Shown here: in pieces, positions 35,977 to 45,728 of the stretch
Layout: every line of letters begins with the position of its first letter
Position numbering within the stretch: position 1 is the stretch's first letter
From: Candidatus Aenigmatarchaeota archaeon
GTDB taxonomy: Archaea; Thermoplasmatota; Thermoplasmata; Halarchaeoplasmatales; Halarchaeoplasmataceae
Assembly (NCBI GenBank): GCA_046537845.1
Contig: JBKHKA010000003.1
Location: 17,871-81,870, forward strand
Direction: 5' to 3'
Length of the DNA stretch: 64,000 bases
Translations under genes and position numbers: made by a program
The notes under the pieces: model-generated
The model's input: only the letters and a program-made list of their open reading frames with translations
What the model was told of the DNA's origin: nothing
The model's database searches: none

Positions 35977-37118
35977 ATGGATTTTGAAAAGGCGCTCAGT
36001 TTCGACGACATAATGATGGTCCCTAGCAATACCGACCTTAAAGGACGATATTGAGACTTCAAGCCATATAACCGAAAACATAGAGTTACAAGTTCCTATT
36101 TTGAGCTCTCCCATGGATAAAGTTACGGGCAGCGAGATGAGCATCGTGATGGCGAGAGAAGGCGCACTCGGCGTCATCCACCGTAACCTAGATGTGAAAG
36201 GACATATCGATATGGTCAAACGTTCTGAAAAATGGATAATCCGAGAACTCTACACGGTAACTCCGAATATCAAAGTCCCTCTGCTGGATGAAGAGAACAG
36301 ACTTCAGGGCCTGATCACCGTCAGAGATATAGAGAAAAAGAAACAGCATCCGGAAGCTACGTTAGATGAGAACGGTCAGCTGATGGTGGCCGCCGCTGTA
36401 GGACCGGGGGGATCCGGAAGGATAGAACGTTTGGTCGACGCAGGGATAGACCTGATAGTCGTAGATACCGCTCACGGAAACCCCAAAGATGTGATAGATG
36501 CTACGGAAGAGATAAACGGAAGTTTCGACGTTGATATCATGGCTGGCAATATAGCGTCACAAGAAGGCGCTAGAGCATTGATAAAAGCCGGTGCGGGTTC
36601 CCTTCGGGTCGGGATAATACCGGGATCGATCTGCACCACGAGGATCGTTTCGGGTATAGGCGTACCTCAGATAACGGCGATAATGAACGTTTTTAAAGAA
36701 GCTAGAGATGAAGACGTAAGCAGCATCGCCGACGGAGGTATAATATACAGGGGCGACGCCGCCAAGGCGTTAGCTTGTGGAGCCGGCGCTATAATTATCG
36801 GTAACATGCTGGCAGGTACGGAAGAAGCCCCGGGCAGGTTCGTCTTCCGAGGTGGAAGAAAGTATAAGGAATATAGAGAGATGGCCTCTATCTCCGCATT
36901 AGAGAAGCGTGAAAAGAATAGATACGATCAGGATTTCGAAAGACGTGAAGAATATGTTCCAGAAGTGGTTGAAGGATTAGTGCCCTACAAGGATAGAAGA
37001 GATGCGAGACGCTGAGATCTACGAGATAAGCGAGGGTGGCAAACATGAAAGCCATCCTCACAACGTGGAGATAACCGAGGACACCCCTAACTATCACTGG
37101 AAAGGAGAAAGATACTGA
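35977..37118 (+). pseudogene. guaB: IMP dehydrogenase pseudogene
   Basis: N-terminus MDFEKALSFDDIMMVP (ATG 35977) is out of frame with the body (SSPMDKVT, DTAHG, PGSICTT). The CBS region is largely deleted. The C-terminus ESHPHNVEITEDTPNY lies in another frame after a deletion near 36995. Conserved glycines are substituted (GIIPG, EMAS, PEVVEG). Confidence 0.85.
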
Positions 37119-37120
37119 TA

Positions 37121-37861
37121 TCATTCGTCCTTTTTACTTTCTATACGACTGAGTGCGAATATGATACCAAAAGCAGCTATCAATGAGCCGGCAGTTATCA
37201 GCAGTATCGGATTTTTATAAAACGCGGCGTCGTTTTCATCATCTGTTTCTTCGTTTTCAGGTGTCGGTTCAGCTTCGTTTATAGTAACTTCTTCTATAAC
37301 AACGTCTTCAACAGGTACGTCGTCGTGCCCTTCAACGCTGGTGGTCTCTACCGTGGCGATCTCGTCGACCACGGACATACCGCTGGTGACTCTGCCGAAA
37401 ACACAGTAACCCCAGCCGTCCTCCGCATTGTCCCAATCCAGGTCTTCGTTATCCCTGTGATTTATGAAGAACTGACTCGTAGCTGAATGAGGTTCTGTAG
37501 TCCTTGCCATGGCGATGGTACCTCTTTCGTTTCGATGGCCGCTCTCTTCGGCCTCGTTCTGTATGGGATCATAGGTGGGCTCTTTCTCCTCCATACCGGG
37601 GTAAAATCCGCCACCCTGGATCATGAATTCCTCCATCACTCTATGAAATATCAAGCCTTCATAGAAGCCGTCCTCCGCATATCCTATGAAATTCTCGACG
37701 GTTTCTGGTGCGTCGTCTCTGTACAACTCCAGCTCGATGGTCCCTCTGTTCGTTTTTATGGAAGCTGTAGGATCGCCCTGAACAGAAGATCCAACCATGG
37801 TGACCTGCAAGATCAACATGGCAAACACACCTATACAGATCAAGCTCTTTATCAAATACAT
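37121..37861 (-). CDS. Cyclophilin-type PPIase with signal peptide and C-terminal TM anchor
   Basis: APETVENF, FHRV, MIQGGG, GTIAMART, SATSQFFIN, GYCVFG motifs; hydrophobic N- and C-termini. Confidence 0.92.
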   Translation of the reverse strand: MYLIKSLICIGVFAMLILQVTMVGSSVQGDPTASIKTNRGTIELELYRDDAPETVENFIGYAEDGFYEGLIFHRVMEEFMIQGGGFYPGMEEKEPTYDPIQNEAEESGHRNERGTIAMARTTEPHSATSQFFINHRDNEDLDWDNAEDGWGYCVFGRVTSGMSVVDEIATVETTSVEGHDDVPVEDVVIEEVTINEAEPTPENEETDDENDAAFYKNPILLITAGSLIAAFGIIFALSRIESKKDE

Positions 37862-38287
37862 GGTATAACATCGATTAGATTGTTAAAAAATGTTACTCTT
37901 TGGTTTAGATGTTAGAGATGAGAAAAATGATACATGATGATCAAAATTTTTTAAACAGATCGTTGAAGAAAAAGTTTATCAGATCCCCTGATATTTTATC
38001 CACCATGGGAGTTAAATGTTGGAACGGTAATTCAAGGAAGTATCGGGTTGGGCCTCGTGATCACATGGGCTCTCTTTCTCGTAGAAATAATCGACTTTGG
38101 ATGTATTGGGATAATAATTCTATCGGGGATCAGTTTAATCTTTTTTCTCTCCCTGATCTATCGTCCTCCTAGACGGTCTAGTGAGACTGAAGGGACTATG
38201 GGGAAAACGGTTAGTCAAGAGGATGGTCGTGGTGGATTGTTCTAGATTTTCTCCGACGACTTTATGTGGGAGTGGAAAGATGGTTTA

Positions 38288-39295
38288 ATGATGAAAGATA
38301 GTGATGAAAACACCTCAGAAAATTATTCCTTCGAGCTCGGCCCGATCAGACCACCCAACGAAGGGGGTGAGCACTCTTTACTGATCAGACCCACTAGAAA
38401 CTGTTCCTGGAATAGGTGCGCTTTTTGCCCCTATTATAACCATAAAAAATTTCAGATCAGAAACGTGAAAGAGGTCAAAGAAGACATCGACGCGGTAAAA
38501 AGGATCAGAGATATGTTGGTAGAAAATTCAAACGAGCTCGATAAGGTGCCTTTCAGGTGCTTGTCCGTGGTCTCGGGATGGGTAAAAAGCGGCGAGAAGA
38601 CAGCATTTCTTCAAGATTCCAACTCTCTGATAATGCCGAGCGAACAGTTGATCGAAGTCCTAGATCATCTGGTTAAAACTTTTCCTTCTTTGGAAAGGAT
38701 CACATCCTATGCACGGTCAGATACTATTCTGAAAAAAGACATGAAAGAACTAGAAGATATCAGGAATTCAGGTCTGAGTAGACTGCACGTCGGTTTAGAG
38801 AGCGGAGACGACTACGTGCTGAAGCTCATCAACAAAGGAACCTCGGCTGAAGAACACGTCGACGCCGGGAAAAAAGCCATCGAAGCGGGCTTTGAATTAT
38901 CTGAATACGTGATGCCGGGTTTGGGAGGAAAGGAGTACTCCGAAAAACACGCTATGAACACCGCTAAAGTTCTGAACCAGATAGATCCTGATTATATCAG
39001 GATGCGTCCCCTCTCAATCCATCCCGATACCGAGCTGCAAAAAAAAGTAGAGAGAGGTGGATTTGAGCTGAACTCTGATCTCGAAAGATTGGAAGAAGTG
39101 GGGATCATAGTGAAAAATCTTGAAGTCACTTCAAAACTATGCTTCGATCACGGTTGGAACCGCTGGAGGAACAAAGACGGGAGACCGCTGTTCAAGAGGG
39201 ACTACGAAGGTTACAAGCTGCCGGAAAAACGAGATCACCTCCTTGCCCTGGTGGAAGAAGGGTTGAAAGACCATCATCCTCGATACTCTTTATAG
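38288..39295 (+). CDS. Radical SAM protein, function unknown
   Basis: GPIRPP, CSWNRCAFC, HVGLESGDD, YVMPGLGG motifs (ORF track starts at 38264). Confidence 0.87.
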   Translation: MMKDSDENTSENYSFELGPIRPPNEGGEHSLLIRPTRNCSWNRCAFCPYYNHKKFQIRNVKEVKEDIDAVKRIRDMLVENSNELDKVPFRCLSVVSGWVKSGEKTAFLQDSNSLIMPSEQLIEVLDHLVKTFPSLERITSYARSDTILKKDMKELEDIRNSGLSRLHVGLESGDDYVLKLINKGTSAEEHVDAGKKAIEAGFELSEYVMPGLGGKEYSEKHAMNTAKVLNQIDPDYIRMRPLSIHPDTELQKKVERGGFELNSDLERLEEVGIIVKNLEVTSKLCFDHGWNRWRNKDGRPLFKRDYEGYKLPEKRDHLLALVEEGLKDHHPRYSL

Positions 39296-39305
39296 CCTTC
39301 TAGAT

Positions 39306-40454
39306 CTAGGGCTTGAACGGTACCTTCTCTCTCAGCTCTTCACTTATCGACTTTCCTTTTGGATGATATAAATGGTCTAGAGCCGTTCCTTTGGCATCTT
39401 TGATCTTAGAACCATCGACCAATCTAGAAAACTCTCCTCCAGATAAGCCTTCTGCAACCATCGCATAACCTTGAGCCGCCTCTTTCACCTCTTTTGCTCC
39501 TTTCAAACTGCCCAACGGTCTTACTGGTGCGAACTTTCCCAATCTGCGGCTCGATCCCCTTCTAACTTCCTCGATTCGCGTCAATCTACCGGAGAGCAGT
39601 ATCTCATCCGGCTCGGGAACTGAAGTCAGAATGGAAGCGACACCTTTCTCCACGCCTTCTATCATCCCTTTCCAAGCTATCTCGCTTGTTTCCTCTTCAT
39701 CCCTGCTCTTCAACAAACTTTCTAGAGATCCTTTTTCCGAGATGGTCGCGGCTCCACCTTTGAATATATCCGACTTATTCCAATCGCCCACGAGTTGAAC
39801 GAGTTCAAGGTCCATCTCTCCCGCGGTCAAGAATCCGAGGGCGTTAGTGGTGCCTCCTAAAGCATCGATCACCTTGCCGTTCTCTACCGCTAAGATCGAA
39901 TTGTATCCATAGCCCATCTCCACGAGTATGAAAGATGTCTCGGGATAAGGTATGTTCTTTTTCAAGGATTGATCATGTATGCCGAGCAAACAGCTGCAGA
40001 GCTTGTCCACGGTGCCGATATCCAGTTTGTTTATCTTTCTCCACTCCGGAACTGTAGGCAAGTTTATCACTCCAGGTATATAACAAACAGGCCAATCCCT
40101 ACGTTTCATCTCCAAAGCCATCTGGACCATGGCGGAGTAAACCATGATACCCGATTCTTCGTTGGCAAGAGAAGATTCTAGATCTCCCGTTTTAAGCAGC
40201 AGAATATATGTTAGATACCAATCCTTTAGAATTTTGCTGTCTAGATCGCTTAGATAAGTTATCTCCACACCGTAACCCGACGGACCCGCGATCAGATCCA
40301 ACGGCATCGCTTCTTCTATAGTTGTGGTCATCGTCTCCGGGTCTTCCGCTATTTTTTGGGTGCCCAAGACCCTTTCAAAAAAGACTTCGCCATCTTCGAC
40401 ACCGCACACGTCGAAAGATTTTGTCCCAGGATCTATACCGATCGCTCTGACCAT
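39306..40454 (-). CDS. DUF1464 family ASKHA (butyrate-kinase-like) protein
   Basis: GIDPGTKSFD, GPSGYG, NKLDIGTVDK, ILLSGR, EAAQG motifs. Confidence 0.85.
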   Translation of the reverse strand: MVRAIGIDPGTKSFDVCGVEDGEVFFERVLGTQKIAEDPETMTTTIEEAMPLDLIAGPSGYGVEITYLSDLDSKILKDWYLTYILLLKTGDLESSLANEESGIMVYSAMVQMALEMKRRDWPVCYIPGVINLPTVPEWRKINKLDIGTVDKLCSCLLGIHDQSLKKNIPYPETSFILVEMGYGYNSILAVENGKVIDALGGTTNALGFLTAGEMDLELVQLVGDWNKSDIFKGGAATISEKGSLESLLKSRDEEETSEIAWKGMIEGVEKGVASILTSVPEPDEILLSGRLTRIEEVRRGSSRRLGKFAPVRPLGSLKGAKEVKEAAQGYAMVAEGLSGGEFSRLVDGSKIKDAKGTALDHLYHPKGKSISEELREKVPFKP

Positions 40455-40530
40455 TTAGACTTTGATTTTAGACGATTTATATATGCTTTCTGTCTCACTG
40501 AAAGAGACTTTTTTAAAATCGGGTTCGAAA

Positions 40531-40947
40531 TCACCATCCATGTTTTTTGTATAGATGCCCTATATAATGGACTATTGCCGTGACTATGACCCATAGGATA
40601 CCCAAGAGTAGTATGGTCTCATATAAGCCCCTGCCGTCCAATCCAGGTATCAAAGTCCTTCCTTCTAAAAGTAGAACCACTGCTAATGAGCCGTAGGCTC
40701 TGGCCCCGAAAGCGGGAAAAAGAAACCTGATGTGAAACTTCATGACCAACATGCCCGTTAAAAGATAGATCACAAGAGCTATCAGTAATGTAGTTGATAT
40801 CTCGATGGAAGCCAAAAGCAGTATGAAGGAGAGTATGTTGTAAAACACTGTAGAGCGGCTGACGTAATGCTTCTCCACCACTATACCGAAGACCAATATC
40901 ACGGCTACACCGCCTAGTGCCGCCTGGTAGGAATTCAACAAGGGCAT
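40531..40947 (-). CDS. Small integral membrane protein
   Basis: The hydrophobic 138 aa from MPLLNSYQ (ATG 40947); the upstream part of the long ORF overlaps hel308 antisense and is not credible. Confidence 0.7.
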   Translation of the reverse strand: MPLLNSYQAALGGVAVILVFGIVVEKHYVSRSTVFYNILSFILLLASIEISTTLLIALVIYLLTGMLVMKFHIRFLFPAFGARAYGSLAVVLLLEGRTLIPGLDGRGLYETILLLGILWVIVTAIVHYIGHLYKKHGW

Positions 40948-41036
40948 AGTGGAAAGATATAATAACAGGTTATATTTAAAACCTTTAAACATATCTACTG
41001 GTCTGAAAGAGAAAAAAGAAGGAAGAGAAAATAGAC

Positions 41037-43241
41037 ATGAATCTAGATGAACTTGAAATACCTTCGGAAGCAAAAGACGTGTTTCTCTCGCAGGGTATAG
41101 AAGAGCTCTACCCACCTCAGCAGAAAGGGGTAGACGACGTCCTATCGGGTAAAAACTGTGTCTTCGCTTATCCCACCGCCAGCGGTAAATCTTTTTTGGC
41201 CTATCTTGGGGTGATAAAAAAGGTGTTAGAAGAAGGGGGAAAAGCTCTCTACATCGTTCCCTTGAGGGCACTCGCTTCAGAAAAGTATGACGATCTTCAA
41301 AAATTCGAGGAGATAGGCCTGAAAGTGGGCATCTCCATGGGAGATTACGATGCACCGGACCCTTCCTTGAGGAAATACGACGTGATAGTGGCCACCTCTG
41401 AAAAGGCCGATTCACTCTTGAGACACAACGTCGAGTGGCTGTCGGAGCTGAACTGTGTTATAGCCGATGAAGTCCACCTGGTGAACGACAGGGAGAGGGG
41501 CGCCACGCTGGAGGTGACCCTTTCCAAGCTGAAACAGGCCAATCCTTTCGCACAGATAATCGCTCTATCCGCCACAATCCAGAACTCCGACGTCATCGCC
41601 GATTGGCTGAACGCCGAGCATCATGAGAGCGACTGGAGACCGGTTGAATTGAAAAAGGCCGTTTTCGAGAAAGAGAACTGTAGGATAAAGTACGAGGATC
41701 TCGAGGAGAGTGAACTGGAACCGAGAGGTAATGCTGTCAAAACGCTCTGCCTACCCACGATAGAAGAGGGCGACCAGTGCCTGGTTTTCGTGAACACTAG
41801 AAAATCCACTGAAGCCGTCGGCAGGAGGTCGACTTCGGAAGTCGAAGATTACTTGACTGAAGAAGAAAAAGAAAAATTGAGTGAAGTGGCTGACGAGATC
41901 GAGGAAGAGAGCAACACTTCCGTGGGCAAAAACCTGGCCAAGATGATCAGATCCGGTACAGCTTTTCACAACGCTGGCTTGAGCAACTTTCAGAGGAAGA
42001 AGGTGGAAGGTGCGTTCCGAGACCGCTTGATCAAGCTGATCACCGCAACTCCCACTTTAGCGGCGGGGATAAACATGCCCGCTAGAAAGGTGGTGGTGAG
42101 AGACTGTCGGAGGTACGACGCTCTGTTGGGTTACAACGCCCCTATACCGGTCATGGAGGTACAGCAGATGTTGGGTAGGGCCGGAAGACCCGGGTATGAT
42201 GATGTGGGTGAGGCGGTGCTCGTGGCCAAGAACAGGAGAACCGTGGATCAACTCTTCGACGAGTACCTGATGGGTGACAGTGAAGCTATAGTCTCCAGGA
42301 TGGTGACCGAGACCGCTCTGAGGACACACCTCCTCTCGTTAGTGGCTACTGAACACTGCTCGATAGAAGAGGAGATATACGAGTTCATGGAGGAAACGTT
42401 CTACGCACAGCAGAGTGATATATGGGCCATAAAAGACAGGGTCAGGAAAGCACTGGATTTTCTCGAAGAGGAGGAACTCATACAGGTGGAAAAAGACGAG
42501 GTCTTACAGCCCACGACGTTCGGCAAAAGAGTATCCGAGCTTTACATCGACCCGGTGTCGGCGGTGAAGATGCGGCGAGCGGTGGAAAGCGGGAAGATGG
42601 GGCTGAATATTTCCTACCTCCACAATATCTGCCTCACACCCAACATGTACACCCTTTTCGCCGGGAAGAGTGAATTGAAAAAGTACATGGAGAAAGCGGA
42701 GTCTCTGCGGGCCGACCTGTTTCAAGACTTGCCCCATGAAAAAGGTGAGCTGGAGGAGTATCTGAGAGCACTGAAAACCGCACTGCTGCTTAAGGACTGG
42801 ATCAACGAAGTGTCGGAAGATGAGATCGCCGCCAAATTTGGTGTGGGGCCGGGAGACATCTACAACAAGGTTGAGACCGCCGAGTGGCTCCTGCATTCGG
42901 CCGCGGAGATTGCCAGATTGTACAACCCGCAGAAAGCTGAGATCTTGAGCGAACTGACAGAACGTGTCAAACACGGAGTCGGTAAAGAACTTTTGAAGCT
43001 CACCGAGTTGGAACAGGTGGGCAGGGTCAGAGCTAGAAGTCTTTATGAGGCGGGATTCAGGGAAAAGAGAGAGGTCCGTGAAGCGGCTCCAGAAGAGTTA
43101 GCTGAACTGCCGGGTATAGGTAGGAAAATAGCCGAAAAGTTGAGTGAGAAGGAATTCTCTGAGAAAAAGAGCTCTGTAAGTATAAAAAGAGAAGAGGAAA
43201 ACGAAGAAGGAGAAGAGCAGACCTCTTTGGCGGACTTCTAA
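41037..43241 (+). CDS. hel308: Ski2-like DNA helicase Hel308/Hjm
   Basis: PTASGKS, DEVH, SAT, TPTLAAGINMPA, QMLGRAGRP, RVRAR, HhH; C-terminal PIP-like QTSLADF. Confidence 0.95.
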   Translation: MNLDELEIPSEAKDVFLSQGIEELYPPQQKGVDDVLSGKNCVFAYPTASGKSFLAYLGVIKKVLEEGGKALYIVPLRALASEKYDDLQKFEEIGLKVGISMGDYDAPDPSLRKYDVIVATSEKADSLLRHNVEWLSELNCVIADEVHLVNDRERGATLEVTLSKLKQANPFAQIIALSATIQNSDVIADWLNAEHHESDWRPVELKKAVFEKENCRIKYEDLEESELEPRGNAVKTLCLPTIEEGDQCLVFVNTRKSTEAVGRRSTSEVEDYLTEEEKEKLSEVADEIEEESNTSVGKNLAKMIRSGTAFHNAGLSNFQRKKVEGAFRDRLIKLITATPTLAAGINMPARKVVVRDCRRYDALLGYNAPIPVMEVQQMLGRAGRPGYDDVGEAVLVAKNRRTVDQLFDEYLMGDSEAIVSRMVTETALRTHLLSLVATEHCSIEEEIYEFMEETFYAQQSDIWAIKDRVRKALDFLEEEELIQVEKDEVLQPTTFGKRVSELYIDPVSAVKMRRAVESGKMGLNISYLHNICLTPNMYTLFAGKSELKKYMEKAESLRADLFQDLPHEKGELEEYLRALKTALLLKDWINEVSEDEIAAKFGVGPGDIYNKVETAEWLLHSAAEIARLYNPQKAEILSELTERVKHGVGKELLKLTELEQVGRVRARSLYEAGFREKREVREAAPEELAELPGIGRKIAEKLSEKEFSEKKSSVSIKREEENEEGEEQTSLADF

Positions 43242-43247
43242 AGGTCT

Positions 43248-43562
43248 TCACTTCTTCAGTTCTCTACCCAGCTTTTTTTCTACCGATTCGATCTTGCCGG
43301 TTATCCGGTCCTTGGCTCCAACCCTATCGTCTATGATTATCTTAGTTTCTACTCTGTCCGAATGCTCTCTCATCTCATGGTGGCACTCCTTTATCAGAGT
43401 CATCACTTCGTCCCAATCTCCTTCTACTATGGTCCCCATGGGCGTGAGCTGATACTCTAGTCCGCTCTCGTCCACCATATCTAAAACTTTGGACACGTAA
43501 TCGCTCAAACTCACACCTTTATCCAACGGCACTATCGAGAATTCTACCAACATATCTATCAC
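43248..43562 (-). CDS. MTH1187/DUF77 thiamine-binding family protein
   Basis: EFSIVP, LTPMGTIVEG, IDDR, K..SVE motifs. Confidence 0.9.
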   Translation of the reverse strand: MIDMLVEFSIVPLDKGVSLSDYVSKVLDMVDESGLEYQLTPMGTIVEGDWDEVMTLIKECHHEMREHSDRVETKIIIDDRVGAKDRITGKIESVEKKLGRELKK

Positions 43563-43607
43563 CGTATAGAAGATACGATTTGTCCGCTAAAAAGATTAGG
43601 GTGAGGT

Positions 43608-44516
43608 CTAATAATCATCTATCCTTTGTTGGCTTTCAAACTTATCTATCCTTTCCTCGGCCAGTTTAACATACTCTTTTTTTATGTCATATCCAACGTA
43701 CTTTCTATCGGATTTCAAAGCGGCCAAAGCGGTCGTGCCCGAGCCGATGAAAGGATCGAGGATTACTTCGTCCTTAAAGGTGAATAACTTTATACAACGG
43801 GAGGGAAGTTCTTCCGGGAAGGGAGCTGGATGCCCTACTTCTTTGGCGGATTCGGGTGAGAACCCCCAAACGCTTTTGGTATAATCCAAAAACTCTTCTT
43901 TCGTGATCGTACTTTCACGGTTGTGGGGATTTTTTCTTGACAATGTATCCTTACTATAAACGAGGATGTATTCATGCTGGTCTCTTAGAACGGGATTTGA
44001 AGGCGATTTCCAACTTCCCCATGCAGTACCCCCACCGATGTTTTTATCCCATATTATCTCTCCCCTCATTATGAATCCGATCTCCGTCATAAGATCTATC
44101 ACATGAGAATGGAGAGGTATGTATGGTTTTCTTCCAAGATTTGCTATGTTCAGACAAACTCGGCCTCCAGGAACTAAGACCCTGTAGGTTTCTTCAAACA
44201 CATTTTTTAAAAGAGAAAGATACTCATCTAAAGTCAAATTTTCGTCGTACTCTTTGCAGGCATTATATGGGGGTGAGGTCACCATCAGGTGTATGGATCT
44301 GTCTGGTAATTCTCCCATATCTTCACTGCTTTTACAAAAGATCTGATTGAGATATTTATCAGGGACCTCATTTTCTGTATATTCTACATCTCGGTTTTCT
44401 ATCCTCTTACCATCGTAAAGGTTACTCTCATAGAATAAGCTGGAGTCATGATTCTTTCTAGTCGATACTCCAAAAGCGCTAGTACTGGTCCCTCCATCCT
44501 CATCTTTATTAGCTAT
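43608..44516 (-). CDS. Beta-class N4-C/N6-A DNA methyltransferase (orphan)
   Basis: TSPPY precedes DPFIGSGTT, with HPAPFP. The frame stays open upstream of ATG 44318 to an ATA at 44516 that follows a GAGGTGG RBS. Confidence 0.85.
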   Translation of the reverse strand: MANKDEDGGTSTSAFGVSTRKNHDSSLFYESNLYDGKRIENRDVEYTENEVPDKYLNQIFCKSSEDMGELPDRSIHLMVTSPPYNACKEYDENLTLDEYLSLLKNVFEETYRVLVPGGRVCLNIANLGRKPYIPLHSHVIDLMTEIGFIMRGEIIWDKNIGGGTAWGSWKSPSNPVLRDQHEYILVYSKDTLSRKNPHNRESTITKEEFLDYTKSVWGFSPESAKEVGHPAPFPEELPSRCIKLFTFKDEVILDPFIGSGTTALAALKSDRKYVGYDIKKEYVKLAEERIDKFESQQRIDDY

Positions 44517-44866
44517 TCATACCACCTCTACATCGTACAATCTTTTAAAGAAGTCCTCTCCTATTTCACTGTATTCCTTATCGAGGTCTAACGATTTGAT
44601 GAGCTTTCCTAATCTCTTCTTTTTGAGCATCGAGCCGATAAATATCCTTTCGTCATCTAATAAGTCGGAGATGAAATCGGATAATTCATCTTTTGTGTCT
44701 ATCCTGAGAAATCCTTCTCCATCACTCATCTTCGGATTTCTCTCCTTCGAGTTTGATCCATCAACGACCAAAGGGTCTGGTGTCAAAGATAAAAATCTTT
44801 GTACGATACCCGCTCTTACCGATCCGTCGATCTTATAAATTCTCTCTCTTTTTCAGGGTTCCACAT
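44517..44866 (-). pseudogene. Probable internally deleted restriction endonuclease remnant
   Basis: A short N-terminal piece MWNPEKEREF (ATG 44866) is out of frame with a C-terminal piece (..GIVQRFLSLTPDPL..). Its stop abuts the MTase start. Identity is inferred from position. Confidence 0.45.
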
Positions 44867-45009
44867 CGATATTGGAAAGGTGGCTAAGCTTTTATGTTTT
44901 ATGGTCGGAGGCACTGAAAAGAGATAGGTGAAGAAACAAAATAATCCGATGTCCTCTCTCTATTAGCATAAATTTAAAATTGCTGAATCCTTTACCTCTC
45001 TGTGATCAG

Positions 45010-45723
45010 ATGCCGGGTATAGGAGTGATCGGAGGTACTGGGTTCGCTGAATGGGATGAATTCGAAGTGGAAGAAACTGAAGAAAAACATACTCCTTGGG
45101 GGAGCCCCTCTTCACCGCTGTACCGCGGCACTTTGAAAGAAAAGAAGATCGTTCTGCTCAAAAGACACGGTCCCGACCACGACCTACCGCCGCACAGGAT
45201 AAACCACAGAGCCAACCTTTACGCCCTGCAGAAAGAGGTAGACGAGTTGATCGGGATCTGTTCCGCCGGAGCGCTGAGAGAAGATTTCAAAGTTCCCAGT
45301 ATCAGCATACCCAAAGATTACGTCAACTTTTGGAATCCGATAACCTTTTACAACGAAGAGATCAAACACGTGACACCCGAGCTGTCTTCCAGCCTGAGAG
45401 AAGAGCTTATAAAAGCCTCGGAGGAAACAGGAAAAGACGTGGATGATGATGGTATCTACGTTCAGACCCAAGGACCGAGGTTGGAGACCAAGGCCGAAGT
45501 GAAAGTCTTGGCTGATTTCGGCGATCTTGTCGGCATGACGATGGCTTCCGAAGCCACCTTGAGTAAAGAAGCCGCGGTGGATTATGCGGCGGTGGTGAGC
45601 GTCGACAATTACGCCAACGGTGTGGAAGACGAAACGGTGGATTACGAGGAGATCGTCGATACCGCCAAAGAAAATTGGGAAAACATAAAGACGATATTGG
45701 AAAGATCTTTGGAAAGAAGGTGA
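45010..45723 (+). CDS. mtnP: MTAP-family purine nucleoside phosphorylase, probably methylthioinosine-type
   Basis: GVIGGTG, TPWG, RHG..H..PPH.INHRAN, GPRLET.AE, VGMT; VDNYA suggests 6-oxopurine preference. Confidence 0.88.
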   Translation: MPGIGVIGGTGFAEWDEFEVEETEEKHTPWGSPSSPLYRGTLKEKKIVLLKRHGPDHDLPPHRINHRANLYALQKEVDELIGICSAGALREDFKVPSISIPKDYVNFWNPITFYNEEIKHVTPELSSSLREELIKASEETGKDVDDDGIYVQTQGPRLETKAEVKVLADFGDLVGMTMASEATLSKEAAVDYAAVVSVDNYANGVEDETVDYEEIVDTAKENWENIKTILERSLERR

Positions 45724-45728
45724 GCCAT

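Noticed and set aside
38004-38245. Small two-TM ORF that would need a 1-nt frameshift right after the ATG near 38004
   Set aside because: Could be a pseudogene or a sequence error; no recognisable family and not enough support to call.
40948-41415. N-terminal half of the 294-aa ORF 40531-41415
   Set aside because: It overlaps hel308 antisense and the divergent promoter; only the hydrophobic C-terminal 138 aa is credible.
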